NCBI RefSeq assembly: GCF_910592395.1
Contig: NC_088308.1
Coordinates: 620,001 to 684,000, forward strand
Direction: 5' to 3'
Length of the DNA: 64,000 bases
Source of the DNA: Lineus longissimus
Lineage: Eukaryota
Shown here piece by piece: positions 13,801-26,859 of the stretch. A model generated the notes under the pieces. That model was not told where the DNA came from. It was given only the letters and a program-made list of their open reading frames with translations, and ran no database searches. Positions within the stretch are counted from its first letter, which is position 1. Every line of letters starts with the position of its first letter. The translations under genes and the position numbers were made by a program.

Positions 13801-16800
13801 CAACAGAAGGTAGGCAATGTTCTGTTCAAGATCTCTCATGATGACTTGTAGGTGTCTACTCCTTGGGTTCAGTGTTTCTGGGTGGAACACTGATGAAGAA
13901 TGCAAATTTAAATAACAGAATGAAAATCTTCAAGGTTTTGCGTTGTCTTTTCAGTCCCGGCTGAGTATTTTGCTCATTTGGATCATACCGGTAGAAGAGT
14001 GGATAGTTATGACCGGCCAGAACTTTGTCTAGGATCCTATGAGTTTGTAGCCACTAAAGAATATTGTAGGGTAGGTTTTATTCATTACTTTAATTTGAAT
14101 AAATGACATTGTCGCGGGCCAGGTCATATTTTTAGATGTCAAATGTTGTGAGACTTGAGTCATTGTTCTTGCCCTACACACCAGTTCTGATGGTATTGGT
14201 AATCGACCGAATGAGAAGAGGCTTTCTAAGGCTAGAGATGCTATTCAGTTTTGTCTACCATGTTTGATGATCCTGTTGCTAATCAGCAATGTTGATTTTT
14301 CAGAATAACCAAACTCCCAAACCACCAGCATTTGTGTTTATGATCGATGTCTCCTACAATGCAGTCAAAAGTGGCCTGGTTCACCTGATCTGTGAGCGAC
14401 TCAAGGATGATGTGCTCATTAATTTACCAAAGTAAGTCAGCGTAATGTCACTTTTTTGATAAAAGCAGTTGAAACAGTTTTTCTAGAGATGATTGTGTTA
14501 GACATATTAGAATTTGTCCAGAGTGCAGTACTGTTACCATTTGATTTCACTTCATGCAAAGGACTGTCAATAATGTGACCCATCAAATCGGTCTGACAGA
14601 GGCAAACTTTGCATCCAGTTTGATCACAGCGAAGTAATAAGTTCCTTTGTTCTGCAGGGAAAGTGGTATGGAGGAGTCTGAAATCCGTGTTGGGTTTGCC
14701 ACGTACAGCAATGTCATCCATTTCTACAACGTGAAGGGCTGCCTTGCCCAGCCGCAGATGTTAGTTGTCTCGGATGTCCAGGATGTGTTTGTACCACTTG
14801 TTGATGGATTCCTGGTCAAGCTATCCGAGTCGGAAGCTGTTATTGACAGGTCAGTATGTATGTTCGGGTTTCTTTTTCATTTTCTTGGCTTTCCTGGGCC
14901 CCTTTGGCAAAACATGTGGATAATCTGTGTCCGCTTTGAGTCCCAGAGGATGTTCTCTAAGCAATTCACTTGACTTTGTTATTTTGACTTTCAGCCTGCT
15001 AGAACAAATTCCTGCGATGTTCCAAGAGACGAGAGAAACTGAGACCATCCTTGGCCCTGTGATCCAGGCTGGTCTTGATGCCCTCAAGTCCGCTGACTGT
15101 ACTGGCAAGCTGTTCCTCTTCCACACCTCCCTCCCACTGGCCGAGGCACCTGGCAAACTCAAGAATCGTGACGACAGGAAACTCCTTGGTACTGAGAAAG
15201 AGAAGGTGAGTTGGTGAAATTGTGAAATGGTTTTCATCCAAGGAAAAACATGAAGTTGTTCAATTAACTACAGTGTACTACACAGCATATTCCTTATGTC
15301 CTGTTGATGGATGTTGTTTGAGGTTGTGATGCTGCCAACTTTATGCAAGCTCCTTGTCATTGCTGGCAGCATGATGGTTGAGGCCATCAGAGAGTGTGAG
15401 ATGCTGTTGGGTTGTAAATGCTGCAGGGCTTGGCAAGCTAAAAAATGCCTCCAAAATACGCTGGCAAATATCATTTTGAATTTTTAAGAAAGTGCTGCCT
15501 TTGTACTGATGGAGTTTCAACTCTACTTGTCTTCTTTGTCTGTTGTAAACAATAGTGCAGAAAAAAGTGAGAGAATTTTCTGTCTGTTTGCAGAGCTTGC
15601 TATCGCCCGTCGATATGGTGGGCAAACTAGGCCAAGACAGTGTTACTACAGCACTTGTTGGGGTATAATCATATCATTTCCTTCTGCATTGGCCAACCAG
15701 GCTTTCAATGGTTTCTTAGTAGTCACTACAATGGGTTGTGGTATTCTACTGTGATTCCCCTTAGGTGAAACCTTTTGGTGCTGACAACAGAGTGGGATTC
15801 TCACGGATCATAGATGGTCATTGGTGTATTCATCCCCTTCATATCACAATCCATTTTAGAAGTGAGAAGTATGCACTCTCATTGAATGCATATACTGAAG
15901 TGGATTTCACACTGCACATTAACTTGATTTAGTACCTTATGCTGTAGTTAAGTTCTATTTACTGGCCAGAACCTCAGTTGCTATTTTGTGGTGATAGTTT
16001 ATTTTCAACTCCTGCTTCATTACATTTGGTTATGTAAAACGTTATTTATCATTTGAAAAGGATGAAGTTTTGCTTATTTTGTTATCATTTTTGGTAGCGG
16101 TGCATGAGGAGTGACGTGCTTTTGTGTCATGTGTCAGGATTCATCTTGTGCACAGATACTGGAGGAATATGTCCTCTAGATCTCCATTTGTTTGGATTGA
16201 GCTTCTTTGTTCTAACTATTACATTGGACTGCTTCTAAAATGTTTCATTTCTGTTGTTGCTTTTTCACATCCCTTGACTGGGTTTACACTGTCACTTGTA
16301 ACGTGTCTCTTACAACAAACTAGTCATTTCCAAGAGCGGGCTACATATGATTCCTGATGTCACTTGACGTCTATGTTCCTGACTAATTAACCGTGACAAG
16401 TGACAGCATGAATCTTACATGTTTATCAAACCAGGCCTCTCACATTAACATGTTGAAACATGAAACATTCTGCTCCTGCTGTCGATTATTTTCATTTGTT
16501 GATTCTAAGACTCTCCTCTCGCCCCTCAAACTATTTACTGCTGATTTTGTTCACTGCTGTCCTGAATGAATCATCTTTCTTCAACATGCTTTACTCTGTA
16601 TTTTGTTTGTGTAATTCAATTTCAAGCCCCCTGGTTCCAGTGTGATTTCACTGTTTGCCCAAACATAACTTCTCATCTATTGAGCGGGTGGATGGCATGC
16701 AGAAGGAGGTGTCTAGTTGTGAGACTTTCTGTTGTCATAATACAGTTAGCATGAAAGTTATAGTGATCTGAGTTTGATGTACTATAAAGTAGTTGTTCAT

Positions 16801-19800
16801 ACCGATACTGAAAACTAGTTAGCATGATACGTTCCCATTCCTAAAGGTTATAAATATCTATCATTTCAGTTGGTGTCAATAGTTTGAAATTGAGCCTTTT
16901 TTGTGTTGTTTTCCTGTGAGATTTTGCAAGTGGCATGGTTCAAGAAGCATGCTGATAATAATCCTTCATTAAATCCTTACATGAATAACGTCTTGTGCTT
17001 CTGCAAGGTAACCCTCTCCTGTAAGGAGGTGCTACGATTTCATGGGGGAAAACATCAACAGTTTGCAGAGTAACTGGTTCTAACATGAATCTCCAAGCGT
17101 AAATACCTTCTGTATGTTTGAGTGACAGAGAGTGCTACCTATATCATAGTGTTCCTCTCTATCTACTTGCAGACCATTCTATCACCAAGCACCAACTTCT
17201 ACACCAAGCTCGGCCAGGACTGTGTGGCTGCCGGATGTGCTGTTGATATGTATTTATTCCCCAACTCTTACATAGATGTCGCTACAATCAGTGAAGTTTG
17301 CAAGCTCACCGGCGGACAGATTTCCAAATACACCTACTTCCAGGCAGACTTGGACGGGGATCGCTTCATTGAGGATTTAAAGAATAACGTGCAGCGTCCG
17401 ATTGCGTTTGATGCGATAATGAGAGTACGGACCAGCACAGGTAAGGATTGTCTTCGGGGTTGTGAATCACAATCAACTGAGAGGGAGTCTTCACCCAGGT
17501 GCCTTGAATGCAACCATGACTCTTTGAGAAATACTTCGTGGAGTAGCACAGCAGAAGGGTGCTCGAAGCACATATTTCATGTTTACACTGTGAAAGACTC
17601 TGAGATTGCAAAGCCGTTGCACAACCTTATCTTGAAAAAATTGCCTGAATGTTTGTATTTGTGGACTCGGTGAAAGTATTCTGTAGCCATCTCGAAATGG
17701 ATTAAGTTCATATTTGTTTTTCTTCAGGTATTCGGCCCACTGATTTCCTTGGAAACTTTTACATGTCAAATACGACTGACGTTGAGCTGGCCACCATGGA
17801 CTGTGACAAGGCAATCAGCGTAGAAATCAAACATGATGACAAGCTATCAGAGACAGATGGAGCATACACACAGGTTAGACAACTTGAGAGATTACTGTCT
17901 TTGAAAATGAAGTTAAAAGGGTGGCTATAAGGAGGAACCAGGTCAACTGCACCATGAGTGAACAAGGAAAATGAAATATCGAGGCCAGCTCATCACCTGG
18001 TGGGAATAGAAATCTCCAAATCCATTTGGTTCTTTCTCTTCTCTGGATAGATACCATCCTTCTACCCTAACAGTTGTCATTCTCTTTCCCAGGTTGCTGT
18101 GTTATATACCAGTACTACTGGCCAGAGGAGACTGCGTGTGCATAATATGGCATTTAACTGTTGCACGATGATGGCTGACTTATTCAGAAATGTGGAGACC
18201 GATGCACTTATCAACATTTTGGCTAAACAAGGTATGTTTTTCTGAACAATATACTGTAGTTCATTTCGATTCTGTTCCCATAATCCTATCAAATTTAACT
18301 TAAAACCATTGAAAAGTATGCCAAAGAGGCGATCTTGAAAGGCACAAGTGGCCGACTATTCAAATTAAAGGAAAGCTGAGCTGATTGCCTTTGGGGCATT
18401 TTGGAAATGGCCTTGTTAACTTTTCACTTGTTATGGACTCTTTTCCACGTTACTGTTAAGCAGGTATTGCTGGTTCTGCTAAAATGTTAGCTCTTGTTCT
18501 TGTTCCAGCAATCCGTACTGTTTTGAGCAGTGGTCCAAAGCAGGTTCGGGAACACATCATGAACATGTGTGCTAACATCTTAGGCTGCTACCGGAAAAAA
18601 TGTGCCAGTCCTTCATCTGCGGGACAACTGATCTTACCCGAGTGTATGAAGCTGCTGCCATTGTATACGAACTGTGTAATCAAGAGTGACGGGCTGCAAG
18701 GGAGTAAGTAGAGGGACTCTTCTAATATATCACTACTTCATTGGGGGACGCTATTGGCTGAAGCCATCTAAAGAGAGCTGGATTGTACATACAGTATGAT
18801 TTCAATCACAAAGTTGATCATCTCTTTACTGCTAACCCATCCTGTTTGTTTTGAAAGGCTTTGGTGATTAAGTGAGTCATCCATTGAGAGTGCATGTAGT
18901 TCCTATTGAAGCGATACATGTACAACTGGTGTGTGCATGGTTTATGCTTTAGTTGGTGTCACCAGTCTTATGTTCTAATCCACATTGCCATTTTTTACGT
19001 TTTTTAAGTTCAAATTGGATGTATAGCTGTTTCGATTCTCTTGCACCTGTGTATTGAAGTCTCGATCATAGTGTGAGAACATGTTGTCAGGATTGATGAA
19101 TAACATCAGTAGAGAAGACCTGACCGAGAGTTGTACTTAGCTGGGACCTTCCTCCTTGCTTACATTAATGATAGACTAGTGACCATTCACACACCAGGGC
19201 TAAAGGTTGACGCAGGTCCTTGAATGTGTTGACTGGTAAACTGGGATTTAGCTTGAAGGTGTTGCAGCTCGTCTCTCCATTATTTCATGACCTCCTCAAT
19301 CACTTTCAGCTGGCCCAGTGCAGACATTCTCCCCACTGACTGCTGAAGGTAGATTGTATAATGCTAGATAGAACAACCTTCCAAAGGCTTATTCAGAGTT
19401 ACGCAAAAGTCTGACATGACTTGATGTAAAGCTGCCTCCATCCAGTGGTCTTTCTGATGATATCATTGGTCAACAGTGCTCGGCTGTTGTCGATGTCAGG
19501 TCAGACTGTTCTGCAACTCTGAGTAGGCCTTGTGACTTTCATCTGGTGAATGGTTAGAAAAATCATGAAATGGTTTTCAAGAACTATTAGTCCCTTTATA
19601 CTTGCAAGTATACCAAAGATATAGACTGAATCTGAATGGGTCCAAGGCAAAACAAAAGTCCAATGCATATAGCTTTTGGCGTTTTTGCCTTGCAACCCTT
19701 CATCTATCACTGATGATCTTTATTTCAGAACTATTAACTAAAATATATTCTTGAAAATCATTTCAACGGAGGGCACCAATCCGAACCACTTCCTTTGGTC

Positions 19801-22800
19801 CCGTGTTAGTTGTTATTTCTTTGCAAAGCTGCAGGCTTCTTGGCATCTTTACTCATTCGGGTTTCGAGGGCTTTGACACTGCATGGTCTGGGATCGTTGG
19901 GTCTTTGTGGGTTTAGGTATCAGTTTGTCAGACATCTTAGACAGGTGTGATCATAACATTGATTTGTTTACCATGATAAGGCAACCACAAGCATCAATCA
20001 ACCCATGTTCTCAGTTCATCAGCCGAGTAAAAACATCTTAAGGAGTTTGACGCATGATGTCATTGCACTTTGAGCATGATGTAGCTGCTTCCGTCTCGAG
20101 TGTGACTTGTGCCTTCTCCAAGCATCCTGTAGATGCAGTCAGCGTCTATAACTAGCCGATCTTCGGGCCTTTTGTTAGAAATAGAACTGTTTGAAGACTA
20201 TCTGTGTTTGTTAGTTCCGCCCTGAACTGATCTGCATGTTTTAGCAAGATTCATCAGTTTGGCTTAACATTTTGAAACCTCTCCTGTTTCTTCTACTCTA
20301 CCTTGATGTTATAAGGCCAACATTAATGAGAAATAAGGTTCTCCAGTGTGAGCTAAAACTAATGCAATGAGTGTGTTTTTAACAAATCAACAAAAAAGTC
20401 ACTTCCCTCACACCGACTTGTAGCAAGAAGTCCTCGTTTGTGATGTTCATAACACACCTATTGACCTAATTGATGTGATATTATGAATGATAATGATGTC
20501 AGATGATGGCATATCTACTAAAATGTTGATGACTCCATATCCTTTTTTCGCCCATCCAGAAAGAATTCGTGGACTGGACAAAAAAGCTAAGCGAGGTGTT
20601 TGGGAATGAGGTGTTGTAGTGACTGTCAAGATGCTTGTCCTGTCACTTCACTATGTTCTCATTGTACAGTGTAGTACTGTACTTGTCAAAGCTGTAGTTC
20701 TTGACGCATATTGGTTGAGAGAGTCTGAGCTGGAGGTCTCCTGTGTCTTGTTACAGAGAATGTAGCTGTACACTCAAAAAATCTGGTTTAGGATCACAAC
20801 GCTTCTGTGGCCACTCAGTCTTAGATCTAGAATGATTTAGAATGGTCCCTGTCATGTCCCCCATACCTAGAACATTGCTGTGGTCCCATTCATGATATCC
20901 TTAACATTTCTTTCAAGAGGTAGGCATAGCCTTGGGCAGTATAAGTTTCACCAGGGAAAGTCATACCATATAGATGCACAAGCCTTGACTCCTTTTAAAA
21001 TTAGGTTTTTGTGAGCTACGTATTTTAAGAAACGGGTCTTCTGAGTCCGATATCTTGGAGCAATCTCTTTCTTGTCGTGATGAGAAGTTTGATCAGTATT
21101 CCTTTACTGCTGACAGTAAGTTGATCTGTGTTGGGTGTGTGGGTCTTCTTCATGAGTATCACTTGCTGAACAGTATTTCTATTGTTGTCATCGGTGGTAC
21201 TCTAAATGTTAGTGGTTTTTGTGACTATTTTGCTTTTATTTTACTTTTGGTGATTGTGGGGAAAGTCAACTTAGTTTCATTGAGTTGATGATAGTTGAAA
21301 ACTACTGAGAAAGTGTTTTGATGAAGACAGTTGAATTGCTATGATGTCCTGTGAGTTGATTTTGGTCGGTTTGGGAAAGCATGCAACTTGTCCACCGTTC
21401 TTGCATGACACACAGCTTCCCTACTGCTTGCATTCAGCAACTAGCTCAGTGTGAAAGATGTCCTCAAAGCATACGTGTAACCTTCCAGTTCGTGTGGTAT
21501 GTTCGCACTGGCTCTAAAAGCAATTTTGAAATCAGGAATAGCAGTTAAATCAAACTCATGAAAGTCAGCAGAGTCTGTCTTCAAGGCCTTTAATCAATCT
21601 CAAACTCTGCCTTGGGTGTGTGTTTTTATGGCTGGGATATTAGCCTGGCTTCATATTGTGGATCTGGTGTATCTTTTTATTGCTGATTTCTCCTTTTGTT
21701 TCTAAATCTCTCCTGACTTTGTTTCAGCTGCTGACATCTCTACAGACGACCGCAGCTACCTGATGCATCTCATCAACAGCATGGATGTGTCGGCATCTTG
21801 TGCCTTCTTTTATCCCAGGCTCATGCCACTGGTAAGTTGGAGTCATTCACTTGTCAACAAAGGTACTGGTAACTATTGACAAATAACAGTAAACCACACA
21901 GTTCTAGAAACGTCAAATTGCAAGAAAGAGTCAGCCATTTCTCAGCTTCCCCCAAAACTTGTTTCTTTGCATAACCACTAGATTGCTTGTTATCCTTTCA
22001 GCATGATGTTGACATTGGCTCAAGGATTGTTCCAACAGGGATCAGGTGTTCAGTCGACCGGTTACAGGAAGACGGAGCATACTTGCTTGGTAAGCTCACC
22101 AATCAATCCTTGTCTTGTTTTGATAACAAAATCTGCCAGTCAAGGAATCAGTAGTTATGGTCAGTTGTTCAAAGTTGAACTTTTACACTGCATATGATCA
22201 TTTCTTGTTGATATATGTATTACTTGCCCTCACCAGAGTGAACATGAGACTTGGATGATTGACGATGTGCTGTCTTGAGTAGTGTACGTTAAACGTCTAA
22301 ACAATATTGCTTCTCCTTTTCCAGAAAATGGAATATCGATGTTCTTGTGGCTTGGCCATAACATCAATCCCCAATGGGTTCATGATGTGTTTGGTGTGCA
22401 GTCACTCGCTCAGATTGACATCGATAAGGGCCTCTTACTAGAACTTGATAATCCACTGTCACAGAGAATTCGAGGAATTGTTCACAAAATACGAAAAGAA
22501 AGAAATAGGTTTATGAAGGTAAGAGCTTGCATTGGTAATGTCCGATTCGTAACTCTTTCAATTTGACAAGTAGTTACTTTATTAACCGTCCTGGAAAGAG
22601 TGTACTCAAATGCTAGATGTTGATGCTGAGAATAGACTTAAGGAATATTTTCATGGTGGAAAAATAACGCTTTAAAGTTTGCAATGTACGAGGTTTTTGT
22701 CGTCTCTCTTTCAGATGACGATAGTGCGACAGCGGGACAAACTAGAACCGTGGTTCCAACACTTCTTGGTCGAGGACCGAGGGAATAACGGCACAGCATC

Positions 22801-22855
22801 ATACGTGGAATATCTCTGTCATATACACAAAGAAATACGCAACTTGATGAGCTGA
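10804..22855 (+). CDS. SEC24C: COPII cargo adaptor Sec24C/D, 18 coding exons, about 1208 aa
   Basis: Exons 10804-10933, 11313-11433, 11665-11860, 12025-12906, 13156-13392, 13671-13809, 13955-14070, 14304-14431, 14658-14849, 14995-15205, 17173-17440, 17728-17873, 18093-18231, 18509-18703, 21728-21831, 22002-22089, 22325-22518, 22715-22855. All introns are GT-AG with consistent phases (total 3627 nt). Pro/Gly/Gln/Met-rich N-terminus, [10 protein letters not shown], zinc finger [36 protein letters not shown], and C-terminal FLVEDR...[14 protein letters not shown]. Confidence 0.95.
12679..12810 (+). repeat. Coding tandem repeat, 24-nt unit (PMPGQGQP), about 5.5 copies, in the SEC24 N-terminal region
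   Basis: Near-perfect repeats of ccaatgccaggacaagggcagcca. Confidence 0.9.
15594..15735 (+). pseudogene. Decayed duplicate of SEC24 exon 17173-17440, or an alternative/poison exon
   Basis: After acceptor tttgcag it reads [24 protein letters not shown], versus [24 protein letters not shown] in the real exon. Further on, gtcactacaat matches gtcgctacaat. Confidence 0.55.
19310..19348 (+). CDS. Candidate 39-nt symmetric (phase 1/1) cassette exon of SEC24 encoding (T)[12 protein letters not shown]
   Basis: cactttcag|CTGGCCC...GCTGAAG|gtagat; length is a multiple of 3, there is no stop in the SEC24 frame, and the phase matches the host intron. Confidence 0.5.
20560..20595 (+). CDS. Candidate 36-nt symmetric cassette exon of SEC24 encoding [11 protein letters not shown]
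   Basis: Strong pyrimidine tract ccttttttcgcccatccag, 36 nt open in frame, weak donor GAG|gtgttt. Confidence 0.35.
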
Positions 22856-23614
22856 GCATGGACAGTGTCAGGTTTAAAAAGACAGTGAACGTCACTGATG
22901 GACAAGATCAGATGGAGTGCCTGGAGTCCCCTGTTGCCTTGTGGAGCGATGGGGGTGTGGTGGGATGGATGGCTGGGCAGTCTGATGTGACACCATGTAA
23001 CATTCAGTGGGGAACTCTCCAGATTACCCCTCTCGTCGAGTTGTGGTATGTGGGGCATCTTGGCACATCTAGTCTAGTGATAACTACATTCAATGACATG
23101 TCGGATATACCATCTTGTGCTAAAATCTTATTCAGTGGGAAATGTTTGTTTTTGGTGGCGGTAACAAATAATGAATCATCGTATATCTGAAAACCATGTT
23201 CACCACATCCATCTGTGTTTATATTGAGTTGGTTATGTCTTGTTATGATTCTTGTGCAGCCACCTTCCAGGTTGGAGATTTCACCTTTTTTTACGCTGTG
23301 GCCATTTGACAGTAAGTTGCACACAGTTTTGGACAAGAATATGTAATGCCTCATGTGAACTTAAACAGATATTTAACCCCTGAATATTTCCCTCCTGCCG
23401 ACCATTTTCATGACACTCCAGATTTTGTTTACAATTTGCAGTGATGCTGCACGCTATATTGTATTTATTGATAAATTGTGATTATTGGAAACAATGGGTT
23501 TTCTTGCTACGTACATTTTTCCTTTCCTTTTGGGGATTGTGGGAGCTGAATGAGTGTGTTGTAATGTTAGTAAATGGAATGAAATGTTTTGGTTCATTTC
23601 TGTTTGTTTTCTGT

Positions 23615-23740
23615 AAAGCAGGCCATATGATACTGGGCTTGTTTGTTATGATATGTACATGACGATGTCATCAAGCAAAGCAGACCATATGATACAGGGC
23701 TTGTTCGTTATGATATGTACATGACAATGTCATCAAGCAA
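23615..23740 (+). repeat. Tandem duplication of about 62 bp (2 copies) in the SEC24 3' UTR
   Basis: aaagcaggccatatgatactgggcttg...gtcatcaagc is repeated with few differences. Confidence 0.85.
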
Positions 23741-24913
23741 GCTGTTCTTACTCGAATCAAAATCTTAATTTCCTAGAGGAACTGTTTTTCAGTCCTGTGT
23801 GTTTCGGCTTGATTTGACGATGGCATTCCATTTCTAATGGCCATATGGTCAGACTATCTCCAGACATGTCCTACATGTATCATCTCAGCTTGCTCCATCA
23901 TTACTTTCTAACTATGCATGAGCTTGTATCACCTGTTACTACACTGAGTATATTTCATTAGAATACTGAAAACAAAAAAAGAGGTTAACCAATTATCTTT
24001 GTTGTCATGGGTCATGGAATATGCCGCCACTCGCGTGTATTATAGTGTACAGTTTATTTGTAGGTTATTTCTCATTGTACATGTGTATCTCATAAGTTTA
24101 ATGTATTTTGGTGCTGTTTAGAGTTAATTTGATGGGTGATGCTGTGAGAGCCAGGATGTGGGGAGTCATGAAGTAGAAGGTGGATGGACTACCTCTGGCA
24201 GTGGCTCAATAAGGGCCTCACATTGAAACATTCTCTTTTCCTCCTAGCTATTCAACAGTCTTGAAAGCAGTATGCCCCATTGGCACTTTCAGAGTCCTCT
24301 CTATTTGAAGTTCCAGATGTTAAAATTGTATGTGATCAATTATTTTGTATGAAGCAAGTCAACCTATATGTGCAGTGTACCGGGGTGTGTGAAGGAATGA
24401 CCAAAGAGTGGCTACTGCTCTCTAGAGACCATCGAACCCGGGCTTATTTTACTAAAAAGCAATCCAAGAGTGTTGCCTCTTACAGTTTCATGTACTGTGT
24501 CTGTATCAGCTGAGACCAATGGAACCTGATATCAATCCACAAAGGCCATTGTAGTGTGTGCACACTAAGGGTCTCACCTATCTCTTGTCTTAAAGGTGCT
24601 GCTATCAACCGGACAACAAATCTCTACAAGGCTTGTACAGTCAACTTAGTCTGAAATGAAACCCAGAGCTTATTATCTGCACGATGTTCAGTTGTTTTTC
24701 CTTGGTTCAGGTTGAATTGTCTTTATTCCAGTCAGTTGAAGACAGCTCAGACTACCTAGTATTTGAACAGGCTTTCTTCATCAAATAGTGTCAATATTTC
24801 ATCTGTACATTTTAAATTAAAAATGCTAAAAATAAATGATATAATTTAAAGATAAAAACTCTTGACTTGGTCATCTTCAATGTTTTCCCCTGCAAATCTT
24901 TGAAAAAAGGCAG

Positions 24914-26859
24914 CACGATGAGAGAGATGAGACAGTCACAACCAAACCAATTTGGGTCTGGCAGCTCCACACAGCTGCCAACACGATGAGACAGTCACAA
25001 CCAGACCAGATCCGGTCGGGTGGCTCCACCCTGCTGCCAACACGATAAGACAGTCACAACCAGACCAGATCCGGTCGGGTAGCTCCACCCTGCTGCCAAC
25101 ACGATGAGAGAGTCACAACCAGACCAGATCCGGTCGGGTAGCTCCACCCTGCTGCCAACACGATGAGACAGTCACAACCAGACCAGATCCGGTCGGGTAG
25201 CTCCACCCTGCTGCCAACACGATGAGACAGTCACAACCAGACCAGATCCGGTCGGGCAGCTCCACCCTGCTGCCAACACGATGAGAGAGTCACAACCAGA
25301 CCAGATCCGGTCGGGTAGCTCCACCCTGCTGCCAACACGATGAGAGAGTCACAACCAGACCAGATCCGGTCGGGTAGCTCCACCCTGCTGCCAACACGAT
25401 GAGACAGTCACAACCAGACCAGATCCGGTCGGGTGGCTTCACCCTGCTGCCAACACGATGAGAGAGTCACAACCAGACCAGATCCGGTCGGGCAGCTCCA
25501 CCCTGCTGCCAACACGATGAGACAGTCACAACCAGACCAGATCCGGTCGGGTAGCTCCACCCTGCTGCCAACACGATAAGACAGTCACAACCAGACCAGA
25601 TCCGGTCGGGTAGCTCCACCCTGCTGCCAACACGATGAGACAGTCACAACCAGACCAGATCCGGTCGGGTAGCTCCACCCTGCTGCCAACACGATGAGAC
25701 AGTCACAACCAGACCAGATCCGGTCGGGTAGCTCCACCCTGCTGCCAACACGATGAGACAGTCACAACCAGACCAGATCCGGTCGGGCAGCTCCACCCTG
25801 CTGCCAACACGATGAGAGAGTCACAACCAGACCAGATCCGGTCGGGCAGCTCCACCCTGCTGCCAACACGATGAGACAGTCACAACCAGACCAGATCCGG
25901 TCGGGTAGCTCCACCCTGCTGCCAACACGATAAGACAGTCACAACCAGACCAGATCCGGTCGGGTAGCTCCACCCTGCTGCCAACACGATGAGACAGTCA
26001 CAACCAGACCAGATCCGGTCGGGTAGCTCCACCCTGCTGCCAACACGATAAGACAGTCACAACCAGACCAGATCCGGTCGGGCAGCTCCACCCTGCTGCC
26101 AACACGATGAGACAGTCACAACCAGACCAGATCCGGTCGGGTAGCTTCACCCTGCTGCCAACACGATGAGACAGTCACAACCAGACCAGATCCGGTCGGG
26201 TAGCTCCACCCTGCTGCCAACACGATGAGACAGTCACAACCAGACCAGATCCGGTCGGGTAGCTCCACCCTGCTGCCAACACGATGAGACAGTCACAACC
26301 AGACCAGATCCGGTCGGGTGGCTCCACCCTGCTGCCAACACGATGAGACAGTCACAACCAGACCAGATCCGGTCGGGTAGCTCCACCCTGCTGCCAACAC
26401 GATGAGACAGTCACAACCAGACCAGATCCGGTCGGGTGGCTTCACCCTGCTGCCAACACGATGAGAGAGTCACAACCAGACCAGATCCGGTCGGGTAGCT
26501 TCACCCTGCTGCCAACACGATGAGACAGTCACAACCAGACCAGATCCGGTCGGGTGGCTTCACCCTGCTGCCAACACGATGAGACAGTCACAACCAGACC
26601 AGATCCGGTCGGGTGGCTTCACCCTGCTGCCAACACGATGAGACAGTCACAACCAGACCAGATCCGGTCGGGTAGCTTCACCCTGCTGCCAACACGATGA
26701 GACAGTCACAACCAGACCAGATCCGGTCGGGCAGCTCCACCCTGCTGCCAACACGATGAGACAGTCACAACCAGACCAGATCCGGTCGGGCAGCTCCACC
26801 CTGCTGCCAACACGATGAGACAGTCACAACCAGACCAGATCCGGTCGGGTAGCTTCACC
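24914..26859. repeat. Minisatellite, 59-bp unit, about 33 copies
   Basis: Unit cacgatgagacagtcacaaccagaccagatccggtcgggtagctccaccctgctgccaa, contiguous with no spacers; the first copy is degenerate. Confidence 0.97.

Noticed and set aside
20503..20595. 93-nt version of the second SEC24 cassette exon
   Set aside because: It is in frame, but its acceptor (atgatgtcag) lacks a pyrimidine tract; the 36-nt form has the better acceptor.
24914..26859. Regular array resembling a CRISPR locus
   Set aside because: Units are contiguous with no unique spacers, there are no cas genes, and the context is eukaryotic; it is a minisatellite.
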